Assembly (NCBI GenBank): GCA_039028615.1
Contig: JBCCHT010000004.1
Span: 273,393 to 337,392 of the forward strand
Reading direction: 5' to 3'
DNA length: 64,000 nucleotides
Source of the DNA: Myxococcota bacterium
GTDB lineage: Bacteria > Myxococcota_A > Polyangia > Nannocystales > Nannocystaceae
Shown: positions 56,401-64,000 of the stretch, piece by piece
How positions within the stretch are numbered: the first letter of the stretch is position 1
Layout of the letters: each line of letters starts with the position of its first letter
The notes under the pieces: model-generated
Database searches by the model: none
Told to the model about the DNA's origin: nothing
The model's input: the letters and a program-made list of their open reading frames with translations, nothing else
Translations under genes and position numbers: made by a program

Positions 56401-56798
56401 TCCTCGACAGCGGGGCCATCCCCTCGGGCGTGCTGCTGGACGCGCTGGTGCAGCTGGCCAACCCCGGGCACCAGCCCACCGGGCACCAGGCGCGAGCCAT
56501 CGCCGACGTCCTCGCCGCCCGCAATGCCTACTCGATCGGCCTGACCGCACCGCAGCGCGCCGGGCTGATGGACGAGCTGGCGCACTGGCTGACCATCGAG
56601 GGCGGCCTGGCGCGGCTGGGCATCGCCTTGCGTCGCGCGCGGCTGTTGCTCGCGACCCGCCTGTCCGGCAGCCTCCATGGCGCGCTCCAGGCCATCGCTC
56701 GCGACCACGGACTCACCCAAGAAGACCGCGTCGAAGCGCAGGCCACCATGCGCCTGGACGACACGACGTGGCTACTGCGAGCGCTGTCGCTGCGCTGA
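47412..56798 (+). CDS. Giant (~3130 aa) TPR-like alpha-solenoid protein
   Basis: Uninterrupted frame; A/L/E/R-rich helical repeats with PxD turns; distinct N- and C-terminal domains. Start inferred. Confidence 0.85.
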   Translation: MEEQDHATGRPSVGNVLGFSLLLRDRQALLRLERRALSPGLRLSEYEAEIPDVEFPLRAHGAAAFRRRRCRARQLSLEVDTHTLAAWLRTRLVGRTVEGLHIEEVELRLAAPTEEGQAPAPCLYVKGHHRGRPQWLMITVQLLPRGRKVGFRPWQTWRLGDGPLDSDAIWRGIAARLTPTVEPDAESDGPGLGIVDPVPGVLLRPFVSAGWRTPDLGQLKVTELSLGPDRAVLSLSAGTDAIAASPVPLEPPRDPGPVVAHLERIHAALQARRTDHAATELERLTDELPSEHPARQAALQWLVSLSRGLDPTQRLRALRAWLHEAPRDETAARALVIELGRSGNDRALARRLAAECRLPHPPTKQARLELALATVLIDRLDEPQAGRGLLEPLLERCSTSPSLASLELPVRSALARALASHPQKALHQLTLALAVTNRSAVRASVQAEVATALDRQGHHQAATTLWTEVVSATPDDDELVDAALASARSTDNASAGVDLLRAAIPHASPERSIDLRRTLVTTLLERNDQTHQELAIAELRTLVRDNPDAADLAEQLQVLERHRGRPDAAASMLGTLAKSNEDAADRARLRLEQARILAKSGQPRRAWTKLEPALNETSAELEAELLEMAIEIAPLSIRDALLDRLVEIDDGPPSGRALLTRAQGRASDSKRRADLELAAERLDDPRPALRQLVELAGDEAREPWEALAEACATHEDARGERRARIELALRHLAHDDLDHARRSMARAYALGRRSAELALALGWLEAKAGNYEAAATLVSTALDGDVNHSNKLLLDTRLGLPPTPELVRAHLGPIFLHAHRPADAAALLRPAVEAMGGARQPQLAEALFEALEATGEALEAASIARSLADAYEGPLRAEWLARAARHAEPIDAASWLAEAVELRPEDGDLLAELERTARAAGDRDRLKLAQERAIEHPEVSTEARSRALRSLIARRRHGEASPTEDAELRALYERLLEIDDGDVEALLVLAQHDHRHGNEKRALDRWGRVLEELSAEDPRRIEPSLALATHELAHGQPERARERLLPLIEMRQTPREAHELLAEAALALGDAPNRLLGLRGIIAQAKEGGPVRFDAELQLARQLGALGRSHEALPHVATATRGFARGTPEHVDSARTWLSLALTVDDPRHEAAARIELRHALGRELSAKELRAEALLMAERLADPDGARILVEEGLAVRPSDALLLSTLKHLARTTGTMLPYLAAVEAAIEGMVPGDERDRLATELALTAAEDGDAARVHRALERISSDAGSSEELLDLRDWAVRNLGLEEEELRGIDDRLRAGAVDPALLLRLGRLVGQDEACVEHLLALVRESEGEVAQRIVTPALQLAGRVGLPSLTMQALRQALWVGAHTAAEQAWPGLVEQVSTAGDDAALADLVALADDAHEAGLSLDDRLDRLLDAALAHQPGSQHLHRALARHVAYRGSPAARLQDELSTHLDAVADRYELPGRDRAELFIGIATPLDRRSAADLLSARAIQYLRDPEAFGRLIEGLEARQCWPEVLRLLSACVEANPEPEIKVATLKHLAHVASEILGDPATTIRHLEAALLLAPTDPDLLLPLLDHHFSRTELSRAIELTERVLEHVRMGDAAYAALAHRAADAAIAQDQIERAIALLDRVVERIPDDAKAQGRAAELRSRVNEPRHRVRLLAAVAARQSGRSRIEALEERARLLIDPLERFEEAMEDLASVVHEAPERIASTELLASLYRDHQRFTELVALHEAELPRRHGRARAQILQEIATLYRDELNDPPRAERALRLAIEELGPSAEERVLADALRQELADNLEGQGRYIDLSVYLEQELETELDSELAVEDTPAPPRLTLIQTLARVLRDHLEDESRAAQLYESLERWHALPDEGLATLARWYGRTRRHEDLVRVLQLRSLALEEHSERRAAADLRIAELLDGPLARPHDAAPYYLEAYLANPETHAAEGARARVLLSGVDSVLNVRRRLLRRLEDLDPTRRPALLTLLADVLAPHEDHEEEAEVRYREALAIDGSLAGAWDGLGRLLSRLDRRSEAAQALVEAANSHGLPPARAAEAAALAARNFIEQERFPEAEAALEQALDRSPDSQRALLELARLYEHNGRRDELGRVLDRLAELPLSSTVLAEVAYRRALQLQPIYERVPTGPQGEKARSHLLEALGANPRHHAARQALLGLATARREWSIVAHMHYLAIRELPLGVQRALVHLDLAATYLDHLGDPGSAMRNIESALQQAATDVVVGNRTGDLARRMPDRSAAAERFENIASGDNELDDPARARLWLLAADLRMEDDDHDAAEAASKRVLDLPAVPQATTAAANRTLDRLGPQDPESLVAARAGIVAQLDSTPPPSPRERVQLLGRLHDVGVAMDDEDLVERATREQLELAADLDESDDNAPTTGALLRDLLAARGEYGPVVELYERLAATAGNHDPDRAAQVLVEAAGYAWRGQEDPSQAAQLLGRALQQAPEDEAAARMLTELTLEVTEADVAEDVFRELCRVPAEARPPILNLRLAALATVRNAEAEALAFVRPLTEPGMPDAVRYEALGRLDALLASRGEKEERRQMLAVYFDLARHRRDPRAGDLGLELARLQRAEGDRAAARETGEITRDIAPDHRELLHLMAELAEQDEDWATQADLFEQLAPLAMDDSEQAMWLTRAARIHLEHPDVSGHSDSSLLARRLLLRATEVDPEGHEARVALLPLAFNQARWDEVLQLADGLMRQGADHEVLVLAALAEAYRRGEQKLAREIGYRHPPEVIRQVLLPGIQQVLAEVAMRGPLPRLDPVLGVGSALLGGRKHLGQWLEAWASERPPEPGLTLGLARLLEAQGSGDLARHQFQLTAFLAPRGPVPALVARLPGHRVSGLDLHHLSTAPMESRSMLRQVLTSLRDHLSGLGTRGAPTPAPAHRRPPDWWTNRIEMAETIVEPWRTMLGLDLPLAWSEHEFLGSVAARNDRPPRLVLGRNCAELERPELAFRLAYATATIALGIAILDSGAIPSGVLLDALVQLANPGHQPTGHQARAIADVLAARNAYSIGLTAPQRAGLMDELAHWLTIEGGLARLGIALRRARLLLATRLSGSLHGALQAIARDHGLTQEDRVEAQATMRLDDTTWLLRALSLR

Positions 56799-56806
56799 GC
56801 CGGCCG

Positions 56807-57529
56807 ATGGCATCATTGCCCCGCATGTTCGCGCGAGGGTTGATGTGGGCCCACCTGGGCTACCTGCTGGCGATCCCGCTGGTGGGCGTGGGTTCGTTGG
56901 TCGGCATCACCAAGCACGCGGGCACGGCCAACCTCGGCGGCTGGATCATCGCCGCCGTCTACCTCGCGGTTCAGCTCAAGTACTACCGACTGCCCCGACG
57001 CCTGGGCACCGCAGTGCTCACCGTGTCCATCGTCCCGCTGCAGGTGCTGGCCCACGTGCTGCTGTTCGGGGGCGGCTTCGCCGACTACTTCGTCGAGGAG
57101 GCCTTCGTCGAGCTGTCGAGCCTGGCCCTGGCACTCGCCCTGGTGATGATCGCGTATCGACCGTCGGGCTGGGGTGGGGCCGCCGTCGGGGTCGGCTTGG
57201 CCGCGGTCGCGGTGTTCGGCTTCGGCCTTCCCCTCGGTGAGGCCTACCTGCGCGCGGGCGCAGGCGCCGAGCTGTGGATCCTGCTCGGGCTCGTGGTCGC
57301 CTCGGGCACGTGGGCGCAGGTCCGACTCACCGCACCCGCGGCTCGCTTCGAGGTCGGCGAGCCCTCCGCGACCGGCCCGGGCTGGCTGGGGCGCGTCATC
57401 GATCGCATCGCCCCCAGCCATGGCGACGACCTCGAGCCCGGGGTCTCCGAGGGCGTGGTCTCGGCCCTCATCGTGGTGCAGTCATTGCTGTGGCTCATCG
57501 TGCCCAGCCTGGTCCGCGCGCTCCTCTAG
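56807..57529 (+). CDS. Hypothetical polytopic membrane protein
   Basis: About 7 hydrophobic segments; ATG 8 bp after the giant gene. Confidence 0.75.
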   Translation: MASLPRMFARGLMWAHLGYLLAIPLVGVGSLVGITKHAGTANLGGWIIAAVYLAVQLKYYRLPRRLGTAVLTVSIVPLQVLAHVLLFGGGFADYFVEEAFVELSSLALALALVMIAYRPSGWGGAAVGVGLAAVAVFGFGLPLGEAYLRAGAGAELWILLGLVVASGTWAQVRLTAPAARFEVGEPSATGPGWLGRVIDRIAPSHGDDLEPGVSEGVVSALIVVQSLLWLIVPSLVRALL

Positions 57530-57541
57530 CGGGCGCAAAGA

Positions 57542-57570
57542 GCCTCCGAGGTCGGGTCGACCTCGGAGGC
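57542..57570. terminator. Perfect hairpin between convergent genes
   Basis: GCCTCCGAGGTCG-GGT-CGACCTCGGAGGC. Confidence 0.75.
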
Positions 57571-57591
57571 ACGGGCCGGTGACGCGACAGC

Positions 57592-59316
57592 TCAGAGCGT
57601 GTGGATCTCGCCGTCGACGACGAGCACGGACTGCCCGTCGAAGGTGGTCAGCTCGTAGCCACCGAAGTCCTCGTTGTAGGTGCGGGTGTCGTCGGCCAGC
57701 ATGGCCAAGGCCACCTGCTCCCCGAGCGCCAAGCCATCGATGCTGTCGGAGCGGTAGTGCACCCCGGCCGTGTCGCGGGCCAGGCTGACGTTGGCGGCGA
57801 GCTTGTTCACCTCGCCGCCGAGGGTCAGGCCGGCACCCGCCCATGGGTCCAGCGCCATGCCGTCCGAGGTGGCCTGGACCGGATCGGGGAACACGAAGTC
57901 CTCGTCGAACACCGCCTTGAGCACGGTGCTACACGCCCCCGCGATGGTGGCGTGCCCAGCCGGATACGCGGGATGCGTGGGCGAGCCCTCGGGGAACGCC
58001 TGCGGAAGCAGGGCGTTGCCGTTGTGCATCTGCACCATGGCGATGGCCGCACTGCCCGTGATCTCGGCGGGCAGCCCGTAGTCCTTGATGCCGTCGAGCT
58101 GCACTTGCAGGCGACCGCCGTAGGCCTCGGGCCGCAGGCGACGATGCGCCGCCCATTTCTGGAACCATGCGGCCTTGAGGCCCAAGCTCGCCGCCTTGGC
58201 CACGAGGTCGAGGATCTCCGCGCCACCGTGGGTGATGAAGCCACCTTGGTTGCCGGCCAGGTACGGATTGCCAGCAGACAGCGCCGCGCCGCCGTAGCCG
58301 AGCAGGATGAGCGCACCGAACAAATAGGCCTGATAGCTCTGGTCGACGTGCACGTACTCGCCCAGGCCGCGACCGTTGTACAGATAGCGCGGCACCGGGT
58401 CGTAGGTGATGCCAGCCGGGGGGGCGGCTCCCCGCTGAATCTGCAGCCAGCTGCCGAAGTCGGTCATGAAGTCGGAAGCGATGGGCACCGGGTAGCGCTG
58501 CTCGATGGTCGCGAGGCCAAAGGTCACCGGCTTCCATAAGAGCTGTGACAGGAACGGGCCCACCAGGTCGGCCGGCGTCTCGCCGCGGAGGAAGGTGCCC
58601 GCCGTGACCTGCCCGCCGGACTTGGGCCCCACCGTCTTGGTGAAGGCGTTGAGGTCGGTGAGGGCCTGGCCGACCAGCGCATCGGACCCATAGTGGCGGA
58701 ACGGCACCTCGCGGGTCAGCGCCGCCCAGTACAGCTCGCCCATCTCGGCGGCCGTCTTCAGGCTGGTGAACGACGGCGCGGGCGGCATGCGACCGAAGTG
58801 CGAGTCGAGACCGGTCATCGAGAACGCCAGCGCGGCCTGGGGGTTGGCCAAGCGGCGGTCTGCGGCCGGATCGAGGGGAATCAGGTCGAAGTCGTCGGGA
58901 TCGCCCGACTCCATTGCATAGCGCAGGGCATGGTACGCGCTCGGATCGACCTCACCGATGGCATCGTGGGGCAACGCCTTGGTGAAGCTTCCGCGGGCAT
59001 CGGGATAGTCGTCGTCATCATTGGTTTGCTGGCGGCCGAGGCCCCGCGAGCGCTGACGATTGTCGCGAGCCGCATCTCGACGAATGCGAAAGGCCTCGGC
59101 CCGTCGCTCGCCCCGAGACAGAGGGCTGAGGACTTCGGCATTGGCAGTGCCGGGAGTGAGCACCGCAGCCGCGACCGAGCCGCCCGCTGCGACCAGAGCG
59201 GGAGCCAGGCCGGCTCCCCGGAGCACATCGCGTCGCGAGAGACCCGAGTGTTCCGTCGTTAGAGAGGATTCGATGATGGGGGGAATCGATTTGTTTTCAT
59301 CCACGACAGCATTCAC
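57592..59316 (-). CDS. Tat-exported vanadium-dependent haloperoxidase
   Basis: SRRDVL Tat motif; QKWAAHRRLRPE, SPTHPAYPAGH, RDTAGVHYRSD vanadate-site motifs. Confidence 0.93.
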   Translation of the reverse strand: MNAVVDENKSIPPIIESSLTTEHSGLSRRDVLRGAGLAPALVAAGGSVAAAVLTPGTANAEVLSPLSRGERRAEAFRIRRDAARDNRQRSRGLGRQQTNDDDDYPDARGSFTKALPHDAIGEVDPSAYHALRYAMESGDPDDFDLIPLDPAADRRLANPQAALAFSMTGLDSHFGRMPPAPSFTSLKTAAEMGELYWAALTREVPFRHYGSDALVGQALTDLNAFTKTVGPKSGGQVTAGTFLRGETPADLVGPFLSQLLWKPVTFGLATIEQRYPVPIASDFMTDFGSWLQIQRGAAPPAGITYDPVPRYLYNGRGLGEYVHVDQSYQAYLFGALILLGYGGAALSAGNPYLAGNQGGFITHGGAEILDLVAKAASLGLKAAWFQKWAAHRRLRPEAYGGRLQVQLDGIKDYGLPAEITGSAAIAMVQMHNGNALLPQAFPEGSPTHPAYPAGHATIAGACSTVLKAVFDEDFVFPDPVQATSDGMALDPWAGAGLTLGGEVNKLAANVSLARDTAGVHYRSDSIDGLALGEQVALAMLADDTRTYNEDFGGYELTTFDGQSVLVVDGEIHTL

Positions 59317-60018
59317 CTTGTTCGAGGGTTCGGCCCCCGGATCAATAGGGGCGCACCTTCGACAACCAGGACATCGACCAACGAGTGGTGACTTTTAACG
59401 TGAGGCATCGTGACCCGAACGCAATGGCAACTTCGAGAACGATCGACGCCTCGTATTCGACACACCGCGATGGTTCACTTCGATCGATCATCGATCGACA
59501 CCTGAATTTTCGCCCCTACCTCAGACAGGAAAACTATGGCGACATACCACTAGCTGTGCTCATACGTTCAATTGTCGACTCGTGGATCGACCTCGAATCG
59601 GGATGACGGTGAGAGGATGGATCTGCACTAGTCACTGCACCCAGACCGATCTGGGCCATCGGCGTTCAACGTCCGGCCAACCGTCTTTTTCGTTCCCTAG
59701 CCAACGAGCAGAGCGTCCGAGGGGTATCGAGCGTTCACTCCTCCGACCGAAGCCAGCCGTCTCCGACGGTCATGCGACGCGCCCATCGGATCACGACGAT
59801 GAGTGGGTTCCGCCGCTAGCACATTCAAATGCGAACATTGCATGCAACTTCTGCCTATGGCAGTGGCCCATGTGAGAAACTACCAACAGCGCATTCACCC
59901 GGCTGGCCTTCTTCCCGAGGTGCAGGACAGCAACGTTCGCACGACCATTCACATCGACGCCCCGATACGCCAGTAGGCCGATGGGCCTTTCGGCCTCCAT
60001 CGTGACATCGAGCCTACG

Positions 60019-61554
60019 CTATGAATCGTCGACGTCCGTGGGGTCGGAGTCGTCGACCGCCGCGCCCGGGGCAGCGGAGCCATGCCTGGTCGCGGCGTCG
60101 TTCCGGCCGCTGGCACGAAGGACACCGAGCACGACGATGCCCACGAGCGCGATGCCGCCGTACGACGTGGCGAGCCCGGGCGTGATGGACACAGAGCGAG
60201 GCAGCTCCGCTCCCATCCGAACCATGTCGAGCGCGACGGCAGCGACGAGCAGCCACCCGGTCGCGGCCCACAGCCGCCGCGACGAGAAGAACCCAGGCCA
60301 CGCCATGGATCCCACGAGGCTCGCCACCACGATCCCGAAGTAGAGCGAGGTGAACGTCGCCATGGTGGACGCATCACGAGCGATCCACGGAGCCACGAGC
60401 ACGGTGGCCGCGGTGGCCAGCGGCATCCCGGCGATGATCCCGGCGTTGAGACGCGCCATACGACCGGGCGCAGGTGTTCCGCGCGACTTCCTGCGTCGAA
60501 GCACCCACAGCGACGACCCGAGGGCCGCCATCGCGGTCCCCCCGACTCCGAGCAGGAAGTAGATCAACCGCAGGACGGTGCCGCCGAAGGTCGCGTAGTG
60601 CAGGTCGATGAGGCCGTTGGTGATCGCCACCCCGACGTCGGGCGAGACGGGCGTCCGGCGAACGAACGAGCCATCAGCGAGGCTGTAGGTGGCGGCAGCG
60701 CGCTCGCCGAGATCGTCGACGAAGGCACTGACCTCCACCCGCGCGTTGGCATCACCGTAGTAGTAGACGAGCAGCTGCCGCGGCGAATGCCCGAGCCTTC
60801 GACGGGCGTCCTCGATGAGCGGATCGATCGGCGCCATGTCGGCATCGACTTCCGCTGGATCGAGGCGCTCTCCCACCACCGCCTCGACGGCAGCCTCCTG
60901 ATCCCCCTCGAAGGCGGCGAGCGCCCCGACCACGAGGATGAGCTGGAGCAGCCCGAGCAGGGCCCCGGTCAGCGCCATCACCATCGAAAAGGGCAATCCC
61001 CAGAGCCCCAAGCGCTTGTGAATGTCCGCCAGCGCGGTCCGGACCGCGCGACGGGGCCGCAGGACCAGCCGATCCTTGCGCCAGCGAGGGTCGGCGACGA
61101 GCCCGGTCACGAGCATGACCACCATGGCGACTCCGGCGAGGCCGATGAGCCAGCGCCCGAAGGGCCCCGGAATGTGAAGGTTGGTGTGGAGTCGACGATG
61201 AAACTCGCCGAACCCCGGGGACCACGGCTCGGGTGTCCCGTCGAGCCCGACGTCGATGGCGTGACGAGCGGTCTCGTCGGACCACCACAGCCGAAGCGAC
61301 GGCTTGGCGGGCTCGGGGAGCTCGACCACCACGATGTGGTCTCGGATGTCGTGCACCTCGGCCAGGTCGCGCATGGGCGCGTCCACGGAGGCCTGGACCG
61401 GCGCGACACGAGCCTCCGGGACGGCCCATGTGGTCATCTGCGGAGCCACGACCGCGATCGTGCCGCTCAACAGGATGGCGTACAGCAGCAGCCCGAAGCT
61501 CAGACCCACGGCCGAGTGGACGTCGTAGAGGCGCTTGGTGACGAAGCGAGCCAT
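60019..61554 (-). CDS. PepSY-associated TM helix protein (iron-regulated membrane reductase-like)
   Basis: VHSAVG...LSGT, LHTNLH, DIHKRLG, DLHYATFGG conserved His positions. Confidence 0.92.
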   Translation of the reverse strand: MARFVTKRLYDVHSAVGLSFGLLLYAILLSGTIAVVAPQMTTWAVPEARVAPVQASVDAPMRDLAEVHDIRDHIVVVELPEPAKPSLRLWWSDETARHAIDVGLDGTPEPWSPGFGEFHRRLHTNLHIPGPFGRWLIGLAGVAMVVMLVTGLVADPRWRKDRLVLRPRRAVRTALADIHKRLGLWGLPFSMVMALTGALLGLLQLILVVGALAAFEGDQEAAVEAVVGERLDPAEVDADMAPIDPLIEDARRRLGHSPRQLLVYYYGDANARVEVSAFVDDLGERAAATYSLADGSFVRRTPVSPDVGVAITNGLIDLHYATFGGTVLRLIYFLLGVGGTAMAALGSSLWVLRRRKSRGTPAPGRMARLNAGIIAGMPLATAATVLVAPWIARDASTMATFTSLYFGIVVASLVGSMAWPGFFSSRRLWAATGWLLVAAVALDMVRMGAELPRSVSITPGLATSYGGIALVGIVVLGVLRASGRNDAATRHGSAAPGAAVDDSDPTDVDDS

Positions 61555-61558
61555 GGGG

Positions 61559-61819
61559 TCAGCTCCGGAGGAAAAAGCCGGTCACGGCCACGAGGGTGAG
61601 CACCACGAAGACGCCGAGCTGTCGACGCCACGCCGCCCACCCGCCCGGAGCCAGGCACGCGGTGATGATCATCCCGACCCAGAGCGGAACGAAGAGCAGT
61701 GCCCCGTAGGCGGTGCGATCGATCGCGGCCACCGGGAGCACGGCGATGAGCGCGAGCATGCCGGCCATGGCGTTGAAGAACCCGCCGACGATGGCGGCGG
61801 ACGCTCGAGCTCGACTCAT
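61559..61819 (-). CDS. Small membrane protein (DUF3649-like)
   Basis: Three TM segments; typical PepSY-TM companion position. Confidence 0.7.
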   Translation of the reverse strand: MSRARASAAIVGGFFNAMAGMLALIAVLPVAAIDRTAYGALLFVPLWVGMIITACLAPGGWAAWRRQLGVFVVLTLVAVTGFFLRS

Positions 61820-62127
61820 GGCCAACCCCCGAGCGCGAGCGCCCCCCCGATGATCGCCGCGGCGACCCGAACGAGCTCGTATCGAGACGGCGTGACCACG
61901 GTGGCCACGAGCACGGCGAGCATGCCGGCCACGCTCACGAGCAACACACATCGAGCAAGACCCGAGGCCCAGCCGAACGCATGGATCGCGATGCTGCAGC
62001 CCACGAGCAAGAGCAACACCCGCAGGCCACGCTCGAGCGAAGCGAGCCGGCTTCGGCCGCCAGCCAAGGCGGCAACCATGAACGACACGGAGCCCATGGT
62101 CAGCGCGAGTTCTTGGCCAATGCTCAT
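61816..62127 (-). CDS. Small membrane protein (DUF3325-like)
   Basis: Four TM segments; ATGA overlap with the next gene. Confidence 0.65.
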   Translation of the reverse strand: MSIGQELALTMGSVSFMVAALAGGRSRLASLERGLRVLLLLVGCSIAIHAFGWASGLARCVLLVSVAGMLAVLVATVVTPSRYELVRVAAAIIGGALALGGWP

Positions 62128-62137
62128 CGTCGACCCC

Positions 62138-62995
62138 TCACGAAGGCAGGCTGCAGACGCCGACGTTGGCGTGCTCGGGCTCGTCGTTGCCGTAGGCCAC
62201 ACATTGCAGCGAAGGATCGATGGCCGGACACGGATCCGGCTCGCTCAGATCACACAACGGCGTGCAGCAGCGAAAGTCCGGGCAATCCGGGAGCTCGGTG
62301 GCATGCAGACACGTGGACCCGGGCTGACACAGCGTGTTGCCCATGCAGGCCTCTCCGTCGCCGATGGGGACCTCGGGGTGGTTCCAGCAGACGAACACGC
62401 CCAGGTCGACCGCGAAGCAGCCCTGACCGTCGGGGCAGACCTGCAGGAGCGGATCGCACCGCGGCAGGCACAGCGTGCCCTGAGCACAGACTCGGTCCGG
62501 GTCTTCACAATCGGGCGCTTCGGCGCTTCCGATGCAAAACGGCTCGCAAATCCCCGGACCGGGTGACGCCTCGCCCGTGAAGCAAAGGGTGTCCTCGCCG
62601 CAGTCGTCGGGGGACTCGCCTTCGAGACCATTCGAAACGCACTCGTCGCCCGCTTCGCCGTCCCCGGTCACGGGACGACACGTCGGCTCGCAGAACAGGG
62701 TGTCGCACGCGTATGCGCACTTGAGCCCGGGGGCACAGTCTTGCTCGAAGAGGTTGCACATCGCCCCCTGGCCGATACCGCCCGAGCCTTCGTCGAGAGC
62801 GCCTTCGTCTTCGCGCCCGCCGGTGCTGGTGCTCGACGCGGCGGAGGTCGACGCGACATCGGTCGTCGAAGCGGACCCCGTCGTCGTGCTGGTGGAACCC
62901 GACGGCTCAGCCGCCGCAGGCTCGGTGGACGAGCCACACGCTCCCGCCCCGAGCCCGATCACACCGGCGGCGGCCCCGATCAGGACACGCCGCAC
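62138..62995 (-). CDS. Cys-rich lipoprotein
   Basis: Lipobox AGAC; S/T linker; CNLFEQDC/CDPLLQVC repeats; GTG start inferred. Confidence 0.85.
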   Translation of the reverse strand: MRRVLIGAAAGVIGLGAGACGSSTEPAAAEPSGSTSTTTGSASTTDVASTSAASSTSTGGREDEGALDEGSGGIGQGAMCNLFEQDCAPGLKCAYACDTLFCEPTCRPVTGDGEAGDECVSNGLEGESPDDCGEDTLCFTGEASPGPGICEPFCIGSAEAPDCEDPDRVCAQGTLCLPRCDPLLQVCPDGQGCFAVDLGVFVCWNHPEVPIGDGEACMGNTLCQPGSTCLHATELPDCPDFRCCTPLCDLSEPDPCPAIDPSLQCVAYGNDEPEHANVGVCSLPS

Positions 62996-63032
62996 GACCC
63001 TCGTCGCCGCGAACGTTCTCCATGCCGCACCT

Positions 63033-63078
63033 CCAAATATGAAAACAATGTTCATTTGGATTGATTTTGAATTACCAC
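63033..63078. promoter_or_regulatory. Fur-box-like AT-rich palindrome
   Basis: ATGAAAACAATGTTCAT (63039-63055) resembles the 7-1-7 TGATAATnATTATCA box; lies upstream of the PepSY unit. Confidence 0.6.
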
Positions 63079-63458
63079 AGAATCAACAGAATCGCGTTCG
63101 ATGACACCTCATGAAGTTGACTTCTTTTTTCAAATCGGAGTTTCCCGCATCTCCAGCTAGAGCAAAAGCTGTCTGACGTCTCGCGCGCCGAGTGCCCGAA
63201 TGCTCTCGAACGCCGAACCGATGGGGAGCCAACCGGTCGTTCGGTGTCGACGCCATGGGCCGCGGCACGGCGACCGCCGATGCAAAAATTCGCCGTCACC
63301 ACGCACGGACGGTCGCTCGCGTCGACCCGACACCGGCCCATCGGCATGGAGACTCATGGTCCGCAAACCGACGCCGCCCCTCGTGCGTTGCTGTTTGTTG
63401 CGCCAGACGGACGGGCCTGACAAGATCCGTGCGGTTTCGACGCCTTTTGAGGAGCACT

Positions 63459-64000
63459 TTGGCCAACGGAGAGAAAAACGCGGGGAATTCCGGCAGTGGC
63501 CGCCTCTTGGTCATTGGTGCCGCGGTAGTGGGGCTCACGGGCGCCGTCGCCTACTCGATGATGCAGCCCAACGAGGAGCCTGCGCCCACCGAAGCCAAGG
63601 CGCCCGCCGAAGACAACGCCGCGCCTTCTGTCGACGCGCTCATCGAGGACACCGACGCCGCCCGCCTGGCCCTCGACACGAAGCGCCTTCGCGACCTCGA
63701 GCAGAAGTTCGGCACGGCCGACAAGACTCCCGAAGCCCAGCACGCGCGGCTGTCCGCCCTCACCAGCCTCGCGGTCGAGGCCACCATCCGCGCCAACGCG
63801 CTGGGCGACGAGCAAGCCAAGAGCGAAGCCGACACCTTCGCGCAGCGCTCCGATCAGCTGCTCGCGACCATGGGCAAGGATGTCGATCCGGGCGCCCGCA
63901 CGACCGCGAACGCCCGCCTGGCCCTCGCCCGCGGACAAGACGTCGCGACCACGCATCCCATGGTGCTGCTGCCTTCGTTCCGCGACCGCGAGCTCCAGCA
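63459..64000 (+). CDS. Hypothetical membrane-anchored helical protein, 3'-truncated (absent from ORF track)
   Basis: GAGGAG then TTG; MANGEKN...LLVIGAAVVGLTGAVAY; frame open to the window end. Confidence 0.75.
   Translation, partial: MANGEKNAGNSGSGRLLVIGAAVVGLTGAVAYSMMQPNEEPAPTEAKAPAEDNAAPSVDALIEDTDAARLALDTKRLRDLEQKFGTADKTPEAQHARLSALTSLAVEATIRANALGDEQAKSEADTFAQRSDQLLATMGKDVDPGARTTANARLALARGQDVATTHPMVLLPSFRDRELQ

Noticed and set aside
52632..56720. 1362-aa minus-strand ORF
   Set aside because: Antisense shadow of the giant TPR-like gene.
59322..59340. GAGGGTTCG tRNA T-arm-like string
   Set aside because: No cloverleaf or matching T-stem.
62996..63055. ATG start at 63055 for the Cys-rich lipoprotein
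   Set aside because: Lies inside the Fur-like palindrome; GTG 62995 gives a normal-length lipoprotein signal.

Overview
High-GC myxobacterial chromosome segment. The MYXO-CTERM protein, Cys-rich lipoproteins, Ser/Thr kinase-WD40 protein and giant TPR-like protein suggest a Nannocystaceae-like organism (inference). Housekeeping blocks are aroC-orf-proB-proA, hpf, DUF1015, mreBCD-mrdA-rodA and a SurA/PpiD-like chaperone. Accessory loci are: (i) the tail of an operon of tandem paralogous, signal-less proteins with a shared N-terminal domain and Ig-like repeats (1-4141); (ii) a TetR / ferritin-like diiron / HAD unit with twin palindromic operators; (iii) a complete oleABCD olefin/beta-lactone cluster followed by a fatty-acid desaturase; (iv) a tandemly duplicated head-to-head module of a WGR-like+ankyrin protein and a small unknown protein, separated by only 25-30 bp with overlapping -10-like elements; (v) a Tat-exported vanadium haloperoxidase; (vi) a PepSY-TM unit behind a Fur-like box, led by a Cys-rich lipoprotein. 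No rRNA, tRNA, CRISPR array or transposase was recognised. All functional calls come from motif reading by eye; no searches were run.
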